Assembly (NCBI GenBank): GCA_964202905.1
Contig: CAXNJO010000003.1
Location: 704,001-768,000, forward strand
Reading direction: 5' to 3'
Length of the DNA: 64,000 nucleotides
DNA from: Polyangiales bacterium
GTDB lineage: Bacteria; Myxococcota_A; Polyangia; Polyangiales; JADJQN01
Part shown: piece by piece, positions 19,571-30,829 of the stretch
Layout: every line of letters starts with the position of its first letter
How positions within the stretch are numbered: the stretch's first letter is position 1
Notes under the pieces: generated by a model
The model's database searches: none
Seen by the model: the letters and a program-made list of their open reading frames with translations, nothing else
What the model was told of the DNA's origin: nothing
Program-made: the position numbers and the translations under genes

Positions 19571-20320
19571 TCAGGGCAGGCCCCAGCGCGCGTCGTTCTT
19601 GCGCAGCTGGTACTTCGTCAGGTGAAAGCGCGCGTCGTTGAGGAACTTCAGGAACGGCCGCTGCGTGCGCATCGTCGGATGCCACTGGTGCAGCATGCTC
19701 GTGCGCTCCTCGATCCAGATCGGCTGCAAGCCGTAGCGCAGGGAGCGGCGCGTCATGTCGCCGTCCTCGGCGCCCCAGAAGACGAACTTCTCGTCGTAGC
19801 CGCGGACCTCGTGGAAGAAGCTGCGGCGCGCCATCTGGCACGCGCCCGTGCCGAGCCGCGGGCGGAACGCCGCGCGCGCGAGGAGCTGCGGATAATCCGC
19901 GAGCTCCCAGCGCTGCTCGGGCACGTCCTCGGGGAGATCACGGCACTTGCAGAGCACCATCGCGCGGCCGCCTGCGTCGGTCTGCGCCGCGAGGAGCGTG
20001 GAGACGAAGTTCGCCGCGAAGATCATGTCGGCGTCGGTGCAGAACACGTATTCGCCGCGCGCCGCGCGGATGCCGAGGTTGAGCGCGCGCGAGCGGTTCC
20101 AGATCGCGCGCGTGGGCGTGTGCACGACGCGGGCGTCGACCTCGGCGGCGAGCGCGCGCAGCGCCTCGAGGGGCTGCGGATCGCTGCCGAAATCGCTCAG
20201 CATGACCTCGAAGCTGCCGGGCGGCGCGTCCTGCCGGCGCAGCGAGCGCAGGCAGTTGCCGACGCGATCGCCGCCGCGATTGCGAATGGGGATGACGACG
20301 CTGATCGTGGGCTCGGACAT
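19571..20320 (-). CDS. GT2 glycosyltransferase
   Basis: ISVVIPIRNR, WNRSRALN, TDAD, GYDEKF..WGAED. Confidence 0.88.
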   Translation of the reverse strand: MSEPTISVVIPIRNRGGDRVGNCLRSLRRQDAPPGSFEVMLSDFGSDPQPLEALRALAAEVDARVVHTPTRAIWNRSRALNLGIRAARGEYVFCTDADMIFAANFVSTLLAAQTDAGGRAMVLCKCRDLPEDVPEQRWELADYPQLLARAAFRPRLGTGACQMARRSFFHEVRGYDEKFVFWGAEDGDMTRRSLRYGLQPIWIEERTSMLHQWHPTMRTQRPFLKFLNDARFHLTKYQLRKNDARWGLP

Positions 20321-20440
20321 CGCGGCGCGGCGCAACCATGGCGTGCGCGCGCGGGGGCGGCAACGGCGTCGGCGCGGACGCGCGGACACCCTCGACGCGG
20401 CGCAGGGCGCGGGCCACGGTAGCGACCTCTGGAGGGCCGC

Positions 20441-21601
20441 GTGGCATCGTTTCTCCCCTACGGACGCCAGCTCATCGAGGACGACGACGTCGCGGCGGTC
20501 GCAGCCGCGCTGCGCTCGGATTTCCTCACGACGGGCCCCGCGATCGACGCCTTCGAACAGAAGCTCTGCGAGGCGGTCGGCGCGACGTACGCCGTCGCCG
20601 TCGCGAACGGCACCGCGGCCCTGCACGCCGCGTGCTTCGCAGCCGGGCTCGGCGACGGCGACGAGGCGCTGGTGCCTGCCGTCACCTTCCTCGCGACGGC
20701 GAACGCCGTGCGCTACTGCGGCGCGGAGCCCCGCTTCGTCGACGTCGACCCGCGCTGCGGGCTCTCCCGCCCCGCGCACTTCGAGGCCGCGCTCACGCCG
20801 CGCACGCGCGCGCTGCTGCCGGTGCACCTCACCGGTCGTCCCGTGGAGTTGCGGGCGATCCGCGCGCTCGCCCGCACGCGCGACCTCGTCGTCATCGAGG
20901 ACGCCGCGCACGCGCTCGGCGCGCGCTACGAGGGCGCGCCGATCGGGGCGGGCGTGCACTCGGACATGGCGATCTTCTCGTTCCACCCCGTCAAGCACAT
21001 CACGACGGCCGAGGGCGGCGCGATCACGACGAACGACGCGACGCTCGCGAAGAAGCTGCGCAGCTTCCGCTCGCACGGGATGGTGCGCGAGGCCGCCGAC
21101 CTCGTGAACACGAAGGACGGCCCCTGGTACTACGAGCAGCAGGAGCTCGGCTTCAACTACCGCCTCACCGACGTGCAGGCCGCGCTCGGTTCGAGCCAGC
21201 TCGGCAAGCTCGGCCGCTTCGTCGAGAGACGCCGCGCGATCGCCGCGCGCTACGACGCGGGGCTCGCCGGCGCGCGCAACGTGCGGCCCATCGGCGCGGG
21301 CAGCCCCGGCGCGGAGAGCGCGTATCACCTCTACGCCGTGCTCTTCGACTTCGACGCGATCGGGCAGACGCGCGCCGAGCTCGTCGCGGCGCTCCACGCG
21401 CGCGGCGTCGGCACGCAGGTGCACTACATCCCCGTGCCGCAGCAGCCGTATTACGCGGCGCGCGGCCATCGGGTGAGCGACTTCCCCGGGGCGCAGCGCT
21501 ACTACGCGCAGACGCTGTCGTTGCCGATGTATCCCGCGCTCACCGACGACGACGTCGACCGCGTGATCGCGGCGGTGCGCGAGCTCGCCGATCCCCGATG
21601 A
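20441..21601 (+). CDS. pseC: UDP-4-keto-sugar aminotransferase (PseC-type, DegT/DnrJ family)
   Basis: LPYGRQ.I..DD, EDAAHALG, FSFHPVKHITT.EGG, QQELGFNYRLTD. Confidence 0.88.
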   Translation: MASFLPYGRQLIEDDDVAAVAAALRSDFLTTGPAIDAFEQKLCEAVGATYAVAVANGTAALHAACFAAGLGDGDEALVPAVTFLATANAVRYCGAEPRFVDVDPRCGLSRPAHFEAALTPRTRALLPVHLTGRPVELRAIRALARTRDLVVIEDAAHALGARYEGAPIGAGVHSDMAIFSFHPVKHITTAEGGAITTNDATLAKKLRSFRSHGMVREAADLVNTKDGPWYYEQQELGFNYRLTDVQAALGSSQLGKLGRFVERRRAIAARYDAGLAGARNVRPIGAGSPGAESAYHLYAVLFDFDAIGQTRAELVAALHARGVGTQVHYIPVPQQPYYAARGHRVSDFPGAQRYYAQTLSLPMYPALTDDDVDRVIAAVRELADPR

Positions 21602-22863
21602 GCGACGCCGCGCCCGTCCGCGCCCGCCTCGCGTGGGAGCACACGCACCGCGAGCTCCTGCCCTCGCTGCTCACGCTCCGCGCGCTCGAGGCGCGCGGTG
21701 TTCCCTGGCAGCTCCAGCACGTGCGCAAGCTCGATCGGCAGCCGGGCCGCGAGGTGCTGCTCCTGCCCTTCTACTACGACCCGAGCGACGTCGATCGCTA
21801 CCTCTTCCGCACGGGCGTCGCGGGGAAGGTGCTGCTCAACATGCTCTACGAGCAGATGCACTTCGCGTGTGCGCGGCGCTACCTGCTGCCCGATGGCGCG
21901 CTCGCGCACGCGCACATGACGCACTGCGCGTGGGGCCCTCGCTTCGTCGAGCTGCTCGTCGCGCACGGCGTCGCGCCCGAGCGCATCCGCATCACCGGGC
22001 ACCCGCGCTTCGACGTGTACGCGCACCCGGAGCTGTTGCTGTCGCGCGAGACGATGGCCGCGACGTACGGCCTCGACGCGGGCAAGCCGTGGATCCTCGT
22101 GCCCTACAACTTCAACCTCGCGTACATCCGCGACGATCTGCGGTCCTCGCTCATCGCGCGCGGCTACGCGCTCACGCAGCCCTTCATCGACGGCGTGCGG
22201 GACGCGCGCGACGCTTTCACCGCGATGGTGCGCACGCTCGCCGCCGCGGTGCCCGGCGCGGAGCTGATCCTGCGCGTGCACCCCGCGGGCTACGAGGCCG
22301 CGTCGCTCTACGCGGGTGACGCCAAGCGCTTCGAGAACCTGCACGTGATCGCGCAGTACGACATCGCGAACTGGATCCGGCAGAGCGCGCTCACGATCGT
22401 GTGGAACAGCACCTCCGCGATGGAGTGCATGGTCGCGGGCACGCCCGTGATCGGCTTCGAGCCGGAGCCCTTCGGCGAGCGCTTCGACTACGACGTGAAC
22501 CGCATTTTGCCCACGTATCGCACCGTCGACGAGGTCATCGACCTCGCGCGGCGCGCGCCGGACATCACGCTCCGCTACGACTGGGCGCTCTTCGAGCGGT
22601 GGTACGCGCACCGCGACGGACGCAACGCCGAGCGGCTCGCGGACGTCGTGACCGAGCTCGCCGCGCAGTACGACGCGCACGCCGCCCCCACGGGTTTCGA
22701 GCCGCCGCTGCGGGGCCGTGTGCGCGCGGCGCTCGAGCGCACGCCGGTGGCCGAGAGGCTCGTTCGTTCCAAGCGCCACGTCCCGCCGCAGCCCGGCCCG
22801 GAGGCGGTCCGCGAGGCCGTCCGGCGTGGCTCCACGGAGCCGCTGCTGGGCTGGCTGAAGTGA
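21598..22863 (+). CDS. surface carbohydrate biosynthesis protein (GT-B-like, candidate nonulosonate transferase)
   Basis: REL N-terminal motif, CAWG, ITGHPRFD, RVHP, NSTSAMEC; translationally coupled to pseC. Confidence 0.65.
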   Translation: MSDAAPVRARLAWEHTHRELLPSLLTLRALEARGVPWQLQHVRKLDRQPGREVLLLPFYYDPSDVDRYLFRTGVAGKVLLNMLYEQMHFACARRYLLPDGALAHAHMTHCAWGPRFVELLVAHGVAPERIRITGHPRFDVYAHPELLLSRETMAATYGLDAGKPWILVPYNFNLAYIRDDLRSSLIARGYALTQPFIDGVRDARDAFTAMVRTLAAAVPGAELILRVHPAGYEAASLYAGDAKRFENLHVIAQYDIANWIRQSALTIVWNSTSAMECMVAGTPVIGFEPEPFGERFDYDVNRILPTYRTVDEVIDLARRAPDITLRYDWALFERWYAHRDGRNAERLADVVTELAAQYDAHAAPTGFEPPLRGRVRAALERTPVAERLVRSKRHVPPQPGPEAVREAVRRGSTEPLLGWLK

Positions 22864-24233
22864 GCGCCGCAGCGCCGCGCTTCCCGGCGCTCCGCGCCCT
22901 GCGCGACAAGCTGCGCGGCGATCGCTCGTCCTTCTGGGTCTACCTGCTCGCGCAGATCGTGCCGGCGCTCGCGAGCGTCTACACGATCCGCGTGCTCGTC
23001 GCGCTCATGACGCGCGAGGAGTACGGCGAGTGGGGCTATCTCGGCACCGTCGCGCGGATGATCGTGCCCGTCGCGAGCCTCTCGCTGCCGGCCGCGATGA
23101 TGCGCACGTACTTCGATCACCCGCGCGACGACCACCGCGCGCACGCGTCGCTCGCGACCACGGTGCTGCTCCTCGTCGCGGGCGGGGCGGCGCTCGTCGC
23201 GCTCGGGGCGGGGGCCGCGTGGCTCGTCGGGATCTCGACGGCGAGCGCCGCGCTCTACCTCGGGACGATGGGCCCGGGGCTCATGCTCGCCGGCTTCTTC
23301 GAGTACCTCGCGCGCGCCCGCAACGACTACGCCCTCTACCTGCTCGGCCGCCTCGCGAACAGCCTCGGATTCCTCGCGGTCGCGGCCGTGCTCGAGCGCA
23401 CGCTCTCTGGTCTCCCGGCGCCGGAGCGCGGCGCGCTCGTGAACGCGACGGTCGCCGCCGCGGGGTGCGCGTGGGTCGCGGTCGTCGTGAGCGCCTCGTT
23501 CTACGTGCGACGCCGGCTGCTCACCCGCACGGTGCCACGCCTCGACGGCGCCGCCGTGCGTGCGCTCGTGCGCTTCTCCGCGCCCATCTCGGGGACATTC
23601 TTCCTCGGCTGGGTGCTCACGTCGTTCGCCGTGTGGGCGCTGCGCCACCGCAGCACGCCGGCCGAGGTCGCGGACTTCGTGTTCGCGCTCGGGATCGTCG
23701 GCGTCGTCTCGCTCGTGACGCAGTCCGCGCTCACCGACTGGCCGCGCTTCTACTACGCGGAGATGCGCGACGCGCGCCCCGACCGCGACGCACGCATCGC
23801 CCGAAAGATGCGTGCTTTCTTATGGATGCACGTCGGCGCGTTGGTCGTGCTGCGCCTCGTCGCGCGCTTCGGCTACGAGCTGCTCGGGGCCGAGGCGTAC
23901 GCAGGCGGCCTCGCGTACGTGCCGTGGCTCGCGCTCGGCAACTTCTTCTTCCTCGCGGGGAACATGCTCGCCGCGGGCCTCGGGCAGGCCAAGCGCACGG
24001 GCCTCGCCGCGCTCACCTTCGCGGTCCCGTCGGCCATCACCGTCGCCCTGCAGCTCGCGCTCGTGCCGCGCTTCGGCGCCCGCGCGGCCGCGCTCGTGAG
24101 CGTCGGGGGCTATGCGATGTTCGCGCTCTCCTCGTACCTGCTCGGGCGCCGCTTCTACGCCTTCGCGGAGCTGCGCCGCGCGCTCGTGCCGATGTCGGTC
24201 GCCTGCGCGGTGACGCTCGCGCCGCTCGGCTGA
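22860..24233 (+). CDS. Wzx-like polysaccharide flippase
   Basis: 12 or more TM helices, EEYG motif, located in a glycan operon; GTGA overlap. Confidence 0.75.
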   Translation: MSAAAPRFPALRALRDKLRGDRSSFWVYLLAQIVPALASVYTIRVLVALMTREEYGEWGYLGTVARMIVPVASLSLPAAMMRTYFDHPRDDHRAHASLATTVLLLVAGGAALVALGAGAAWLVGISTASAALYLGTMGPGLMLAGFFEYLARARNDYALYLLGRLANSLGFLAVAAVLERTLSGLPAPERGALVNATVAAAGCAWVAVVVSASFYVRRRLLTRTVPRLDGAAVRALVRFSAPISGTFFLGWVLTSFAVWALRHRSTPAEVADFVFALGIVGVVSLVTQSALTDWPRFYYAEMRDARPDRDARIARKMRAFLWMHVGALVVLRLVARFGYELLGAEAYAGGLAYVPWLALGNFFFLAGNMLAAGLGQAKRTGLAALTFAVPSAITVALQLALVPRFGARAAALVSVGGYAMFALSSYLLGRRFYAFAELRRALVPMSVACAVTLAPLG

Positions 24234-24319
24234 CGCCGCCGGGCGCCCCGCGCAGCCCGGACGCGCCCTCCCCGCACGCTGGCCCGCCCGCGCGGCCCGT
24301 GGCAGAACCGCGGCGCGCC

Positions 24320-25341
24320 ATGACGCTCACGAACTCAAGCCGCTCTTCGACGCCCCGCCCGACCTCGACGGCAAGGTCATCCTCGTCACCGGCGGGACGG
24401 GCTCGTTCGGGCAGGCGTTCGTACGGCGGCTGCTCTCGGCGCACAAGCCCGCGAAGGTCATCGTCTTCTCGCGCGACGAGCAGAAGCACGTCGTGATGGA
24501 GCAGAAGCTGCGCGACCCGCGCGTGCGCTACTTCGTGGGCGATGTGCGCGACCGCGAGCGCCTGATGCGCGCCTTCGACGGCGTCGACATCGTCGTGCAC
24601 GCGGCGGCGATGAAGCACGTGCACGTCGCCGAGTACAACCCGATCGAGGCGATCCGCACGAACGTCGACGGCGCGGCGAACGTCATCGACGCCGCGCTCG
24701 AGCGGCGCGTGTCGCGCGTGATCGCGCTCTCGACGGACAAGGCCGCGTCGCCCGTGAACCTCTACGGCGCGACCAAGCTCTGCATGGAGAAGCTCTTCGT
24801 CGCGGCGAACTCGTACGCGGGCGGGCGCAAGACGCGCTTCGATCTCGTGCGCTACGGCAACGTCGTCGGCAGCAACGGCAGCGTGGTCCCGCTCTTCCTC
24901 GAGCAGCGCAAGACGGGGAAGCTGACGATCACCGACGCGTCGATGACGCGCTTCTGGATCGGGATGGACCGCGCGGTCGACCTCGTGCTCCTCGCGCTGA
25001 AGGAGGGGCTCGGCGGCGAGACCTTCATCCCGCGCATTCCGGCGTGCACGGTCGAGGTGCTCGCCGAGGCGCTCGCGCCGGGCAAGCCGCGCGAGATCAT
25101 CGGCATCCGCCCCGGCGAGAAGCTGCACGAGACGCTCATCACGCCGGACGAGTCGCGCTCCGTCGTCGAGTACGACCAGTACTACGTGATCAAGCCGAGC
25201 TTCCCCTCCTGGGGCGGACCGGTGCGCACGCACGGGGCGCCCGTCACGCCGGGCTTCTCCTTCTCGAGCGGCGGCGCCTACGCCCTCAGCGTCGACGAGA
25301 CGCGCGCGCTGCTCGAGCAGCTCGGCTTCGCGATCGGCTGA
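24320..25341 (+). CDS. pseB: UDP-GlcNAc 4,6-dehydratase (inverting); apparent frameshift just after the ATG
   Basis: ILVTGGTGSFG, FSRDEQK, HAAAMKHV..AEYNP, STDKA..PVNLYGATK, RYGNV, GIRPGEKLHE. Confidence 0.88.
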
Positions 25342-25439
25342 GTCGCACGCGGCCAGCGCGAAGAGCGCGAAACCCTTGTTTCGTCGGGAGACGCGCCTCT
25401 TGACGCAGCGCGTCAAAGCGCATCCCTTCGACGCCTGAT

Positions 25440-25914
25440 TCAGAGCGCGCGCTCGAAATGCAGCGCGGGGGCGCCCTCGATCGTGGCCTCCGCGACGCGC
25501 GCGTAGCCCGTCGCGACGAAGGCCCTCGCGCTCGCGACGTTGGTCGCCTTCACGAACGCGCGCAGCTGCGTGAAGCCGTGTGCGCGCGCCTCGTCTGCGA
25601 GCGCCTCGAGCAGCGCGCGACCGACGCCGCGACCGCGCGCTTCGGGGGCGATGTTCAGGCTGACGACGGCGACGCGCGCATCCTCCGCGTCGCGATCGAG
25701 CCGCGCGGTGCCGACGGCCGAGCCGCCCTGCTGGGCGACGTAGAGGCGGCGGCGCGGATCGGCCAGCGCGGTCGGTGAGCCAGGCGATGTGCGTCTCCCA
25801 CGCGATCGGCGCGTTTCGGAAGGAGACGGCGCGCGCGACGGGGTCGTTGGCCCACGCGAACAAGCGCTCGGCGTCGTCGAGATGCGCGGGTCGGAGCACG
25901 ACCGACACGCTCAC
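25440..25914 (-). CDS. GNAT acetyltransferase (PseH-like position); apparent frameshift near 25770
   Basis: LFAWANDP.AR.VSF...I.WETH..W, then in another frame RGRGVG...NVASARAF. Confidence 0.75.
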
Positions 25915-26969
25915 GCGAGGCCTTCGACGTCTTCGACCGCGAGCAGCGCCTCGGCCTCGAGATCACGCGCCGCGGGTTTGCCGAGCACGTCGTCGAGGCG
26001 CTCGGGGGGCAGGCCATCGCCGCGCTTGCCGCGCCGGAGCACGTCGAGGTTCTCGCGCGTGAGCGGCTCGCCCTTCTTCACGGGGCGCGTCGTGAAGAGC
26101 GCGCGCCGCGCGAACTGGCGCAGCTCGTCCTCGACGGGTTGCACGATCTTCTCGCCGGTGCCGAGGGACTGCTCGATCGCGCGCACGCCGCGCACGAGCT
26201 CGGCGAGCCCGGCGGGCTCGATCGCGAAGGCGTGATCGGGGCCCGGCAGGCGACGGCTGAGCGTGTAGTGCTTCTCGATGACGGAGGCGCCGAGCGCGGC
26301 CGCGGCCATCGGCGCGATCGCGGGCTCGCTCGAGTGGTCGGAGAGCCCCGTCGGCACGCCGAGCGCGTCGCGGATGGTCACGAGCGCGCGCACGTTGATG
26401 GACGCGAGCGGCGAAGGGTACGAGGCCGTGCACTGCAGGACGACGAGCGAGCGGCAGCCCGCGTCGCGCACGGCGGCGACGGCGCGCTCGACCTCAGCGA
26501 GCGTCGAGGCGCCCGTCGACATGATCACGGGCTTGCCGGTGCGCGCGACCTCGCGCAGCAGCGGGACGTGCGTCATCTCGTAGGAGGCGATCTTGAAGGC
26601 GTCGACGTAGGGATCGAGGAGCGCGACGGCCTCCTCGTGGAAGGGGCTCGAGAGAAACGCGAGGCCGAGCCGGTGCGCGCGCTCGGAGAGCCCCGGCCAC
26701 CACTCGCTGGGCGTCTCGAGGGACGCGATGATGTCGTAGATCGAGCGCGCGTCGCCGAGGTAGTCGCTCGTGCCCGCGGAGCGCGGGTAGAGGCGCTTGG
26801 CGCTGAAGGTCTGGAACTTCACCGCGCAGGCGCCGGCCTCGGCCGCCGCATCGATGAGCGCGTGCGCCTGCTCGAGGCTGCCGTTGTGGTTGGAGCCGGC
26901 CTCCGCGATGAGGAAGCAGGGCGCCCCCGCGCCGACGGGCTTGCCGAAGATCTCGAATCGCTGGTTCAT
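25911..26969 (-). CDS. pseI: nonulosonic acid synthase (PseI/NeuB family) with SAF domain
   Basis: IAEAGSNHNG, VKFQT, KIASYE, STG, GLSDH, IEKH; symbol assigned from pseB/pseC context. Confidence 0.8.
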   Translation of the reverse strand: MNQRFEIFGKPVGAGAPCFLIAEAGSNHNGSLEQAHALIDAAAEAGACAVKFQTFSAKRLYPRSAGTSDYLGDARSIYDIIASLETPSEWWPGLSERAHRLGLAFLSSPFHEEAVALLDPYVDAFKIASYEMTHVPLLREVARTGKPVIMSTGASTLAEVERAVAAVRDAGCRSLVVLQCTASYPSPLASINVRALVTIRDALGVPTGLSDHSSEPAIAPMAAAALGASVIEKHYTLSRRLPGPDHAFAIEPAGLAELVRGVRAIEQSLGTGEKIVQPVEDELRQFARRALFTTRPVKKGEPLTRENLDVLRRGKRGDGLPPERLDDVLGKPAARDLEAEALLAVEDVEGLA

Positions 26970-28834
26970 CCGCCGTCCTCCGCTGCGTGCTTCTGCCCCT
27001 GCGCGCGCCGCGCGATCGCGTCGGCGAGCGCGTCGATCACGCGTAGCACGCCACGCCCGTCGACGAGCCCGCGCGCGGTCCTCGCCATGGCGGCGAGGCG
27101 CGGCGCGTCGTCCCAGAGCGCGAGCGCCTGCGCGACGAGCGCGGCGGGCGTGGTGTCCGCGGCATCGCCTGCATCGACGCCCGCGCCCGACGACGCGAGC
27201 CCCGCGCACACGACGCGCTGGTTCGGCGCGACGGACACGCACACGCTCGGCACGCCCGAGCGCGCGAGCTCCCACACCGTGCTCCCCGCGGCGACGAGCG
27301 CGAGGCGCGCACGCAGGAAGAGCGGCACCACATCGCGCACATCCTCGTGCACGCGCAGCGGCGCGCCGCCCGCGGCGAGCGCATGCAGCGCAGCGACCGC
27401 AGCGCGCGGCACGCCCGCGCCACACAGCACGTCCACCTCGGGCGACTCGGCGTTCGCACCGCGCCCGGCGAGCGCGGCGAGGAGCGCCTCCGCGACGGGC
27501 AGCGTGAGCCCCGCGGGATCGCTGCCGCCGAACGACAGCAGCAGCGACGGACGCGGCCCCTCGGGCAGCGCCGCGCGCAGCTCCGCGCGCAAAACGACGA
27601 AGGGCGCGCCGACGAGCAGCCGCGTGCCGGGCGCGACGTCCGTATAGCGCGACGCGTCGAAGCCCACGTTCTGGTTGAGCACCAGGTCCGCGCGCTGCGC
27701 CTGCGCGGCCTCGTCGTCGAGCGCGAGGAGCGGCGCGAGCGCGCGGAGCCGCGCGTGATCGACCGGGCCGAGCGCGTAATCGTCGACGACGAGGGCCGCG
27801 GCGCCCGCCGTGCGCGCCGTCTCCTCGAGCACGTCGAGCGCGCCGGGCTCCGCCGCGACGAACGCGATGTTTGCCGCCGCGAGTCGCTCGGCGGCGGCGC
27901 CCGTCACACCGCTGCCGACGAGCCGCGCGCGGCCGCCGAGCTCCGTCCACGCCGCGAGGATCGCGCCGACCCGCGCCACGTGCCCCGCCCCGAGCTGCGG
28001 CGTCGCGTGCGCCCAGCCGACGAGCAGCGTCCCGCGCACACGGCCGGCGCGCCGGGCGTGCTCATCGTCGATGCCCTTCTGCACGACGCCCGCGTTTTTC
28101 GCGGCGATCTCGGGGTGCGCGTCGAGAAAATCCGCGACGGCGTCGGTCGTCGCGTCGTCCCCGAGCGCGCGGAACACCGCGTCGACGACCTCGAGATCGT
28201 CCGGGGTGTCCACGGTCAGGCGCAGGTGATCGCGCGCAGGGCCCTCGGGATCCGTGACGCGCGTGCGCAGCCGCCCCGGTACGCGATAGAGCCACGGCGT
28301 GACGTGCTCGCGATCGCCGGGCTCGGTCGCCTCCGCCTGCGCGCGCACGAGCGCCGCCCGCGAGAAGACCTCGACGTCGAGGCCGCGCGGGATGCGCCGC
28401 ACGAGGCCCGCCTGGTTCGTCACGTAGTCGAGCGGCGCGCCCGCGGCGGCGGCGTCGCGGAACACGGCGACGACGCGCTCGAGCTCGCCCGGATCGAGCA
28501 GCGGGCAATCGGCGGTGACGCGCACGAGCACGTCGCTCTCGAGCTGCGCGAGCGCGCCCGCGAAGCGCGCGAGCACGTCGTCGACGGGCCCGCGGTGCAC
28601 GCGCGCACCGAGCCGCGCGGCCTCGTCGGCGAGCGCGTCGTCGGAGGGCTCGACCGTCGTCGCGACGAGCACCTCACGCACCGAAGGCGCACGCCGCACA
28701 CGCCGCAGCACGTGCGCGAGGACGCTCGTGCCCGCACGGCCCGCGACGCGCAGCACCTTCCCCGGGAGCCGCGACGAGCCCATCCGGGCCTGCACGATGA
28801 CCGCGACCCCGGGCTCGCTCGGCGTGCTCGACAC
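26966..28834 (-). CDS. fused SpsF-type cytidylyltransferase and PseG-like UDP-sugar hydrolase
   Basis: N-half QARMGSSRLPGKVL, RVTADCPL, REHVT, RLTVDT..D; C-half LGAGHVAR, VVDDY, SFGGSDP, AAGSTVWE, NQ, VDGRG. Confidence 0.82.
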   Translation of the reverse strand: MSSTPSEPGVAVIVQARMGSSRLPGKVLRVAGRAGTSVLAHVLRRVRRAPSVREVLVATTVEPSDDALADEAARLGARVHRGPVDDVLARFAGALAQLESDVLVRVTADCPLLDPGELERVVAVFRDAAAAGAPLDYVTNQAGLVRRIPRGLDVEVFSRAALVRAQAEATEPGDREHVTPWLYRVPGRLRTRVTDPEGPARDHLRLTVDTPDDLEVVDAVFRALGDDATTDAVADFLDAHPEIAAKNAGVVQKGIDDEHARRAGRVRGTLLVGWAHATPQLGAGHVARVGAILAAWTELGGRARLVGSGVTGAAAERLAAANIAFVAAEPGALDVLEETARTAGAAALVVDDYALGPVDHARLRALAPLLALDDEAAQAQRADLVLNQNVGFDASRYTDVAPGTRLLVGAPFVVLRAELRAALPEGPRPSLLLSFGGSDPAGLTLPVAEALLAALAGRGANAESPEVDVLCGAGVPRAAVAALHALAAGGAPLRVHEDVRDVVPLFLRARLALVAAGSTVWELARSGVPSVCVSVAPNQRVVCAGLASSGAGVDAGDAADTTPAALVAQALALWDDAPRLAAMARTARGLVDGRGVLRVIDALADAIARRAQGQKHAAEDGG

Positions 28835-29128
28835 GCGCGCAGGGGTAGCACGCGCGCGCCGGAATCTTCGCCCCCGCGGACGCGTGGCGTAGGTTCGCGG
28901 GAAGTGGGCGCAGGTGTGAATCCTGCGCACACCCCCCGGCCTCTCACCGTATCCGGACTGCCACAGTTCGCCGTGCCGCGGCCCCGGCGGGCGCGACGCG
29001 TGGACCTGCGCCCACGCCGCGCTGCGTCGAGAGCGCGCGCACGAAGACCTTTTTCTTCAACAAAATCAGTCACTTCTGCGTCCTGATAGCGCGCCCCTCC
29101 CTCGCACCGCGCGGCCCTCCCCCGCCGC

Positions 29129-29144
29129 TGGCACTCCCTGTGCT
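29129..29144 (+). promoter_or_regulatory. sigma54-type -24/-12 promoter
   Basis: TGGCAC-N5-GTGCT with GG-N10-GC spacing, just upstream of ATG 29160. Confidence 0.5.
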
Positions 29145-29159
29145 CCCGAGGCCCCCGAC

Positions 29160-30805
29160 ATGCCGTCCATGCGCCCCGACGACCTCCCCTCCGCCCCGCC
29201 CGGCAACGCCCTCCCCGGGCCCGCGCGCGCCTTCCCGAAGCGCATCGGCATCCTCAACGACTACGTCCGCATCCCCTACGCGAACGGCTCGTCCTTCGCG
29301 TCGCAGTTCTTCTACCGGGAGTTCACGCAGCGCGGCCACGAGGTGACGATCGTCGGCCCGCACGACCCGGTCGCCGAGGCGCACGAGATGCCGCGTCGCT
29401 ACGTCGAGCTGCCGAGCGTCCCATTCAAGAACCACCCGGGCGTGCGCCTCACGCTGCCGTCGAGCGCATCCTTCGAGGCGCTCGCGGCCGCGCGCTTCGA
29501 CGTCGCGCTCGGCCAGTCGAACACGCACCTGCTCCAGGCGGGCGTGTGGCTGCGGCACACGCACGACGTGCCCTTCCTGCCCGTGCACACGGTGCACCTG
29601 CCGAGCGTCTACAACGTCGTCCTTCCGGACGCGCTGATGAAGAATCCGGTCGCGAACAAGGTCTTCTCGGACGGCCTGATCCCGATGCTCGAGCGCCAGA
29701 GCGCGTCCGTCTACAACCACTCGGACGGCCTCATCGTCCTCGCGGGCGGGCTCAAGCGCTATTGGGAGCAGCGCGGCGTCACGGTGCCGATCCACGTGAT
29801 CCCGCGGCCGATCGAGCCGAAGATCTTCGACGTCGCGCAGCCCGAGGACCCGTATCCGGCGCACTTCGCGCGCGGCGGTCGTCTCATCGTCGTATGTCGG
29901 CACACCCGCGAGAAGAACGTGTCTCGCGGCTCCTCGAGATCTTCGCGCGGCACGTCGCGCGCACGGTGCCCGAAGCGACGCTCACGCTCGTCGGCGACGG
30001 GCCCGATCACGATCACTTCCGCGCCGAGGCCGAGACGCTCGGCATCGCGGCGCGCTGCCACTTCCCCGGCGAGATCGCGCTCCGCGACGTGCCCGCCTGG
30101 TACGCGCACGGCGACGTGTTCGTCTACACGTCGCTCTCCGAGACGTACGGGCAGGTCGTGAGCGAGGCGCTCTGGTGCGGGCTGCCCGCGGTCGCGCTCT
30201 CGGACGGCATGGGCGTCGACCAGCAGGTCGTCGACGGCGAGAACGGCTGGCTCGTGCCGCAGGGCGACGACCCGCTGCGCGCCGACGCGCAGTTCGGACG
30301 CGACGTCGTCGGCCTGCTGCAGAACGCCGACAAGCGCCGCGCGATGGGGCGCCGCGCCGCCGAGATCGCGCGGGATCGCTCGGATCCGTCGCGCTGCATC
30401 GATCGCTTCTACGACGCGTTCGCGGCGTCGCGGCGGCACCTCGAGGCGACGCGCGCCGAGCGCGCGCGCGCGGGCTACCGGCGCCGCCTCGCGCTCGTGA
30501 ACTGGACGGGCATCCACCTCGCCGCCGCTGCGCTCGGCCTCGTGCGGCAGCCCGCGAAGGTCAACCGCCACGGCCGCAAGCCGCCGACCTGGGACGAGCT
30601 GCTCCACGCGGCGGCGCCGGCGACGCAGGTCGCAGCCACGCCCGCGGCGACGCCGGCCGATGCGGGCGGCGAGTCGATCGCGCGGGGCGTCGCCTTCGCG
30701 CAGAAGATCGCGGCGCGCGAGGTGCGCCTGCGCGCACGGGCCGCGAGCGCGGCGCGGGCGTCGCTCGCCGGCGAGGCGCGGCGGCGCGCGGCGGCCGCGG
30801 AGTAG
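29160..30805 (+). CDS. GT4 glycosyltransferase; apparent frameshift near 29925
   Basis: RH.REKN, VGDGP, SETYGQVVSEAL motifs split across two frames. Confidence 0.8.
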
Positions 30806-30829
30806 ACGCGACGCAGTGGCTGGGCACCA

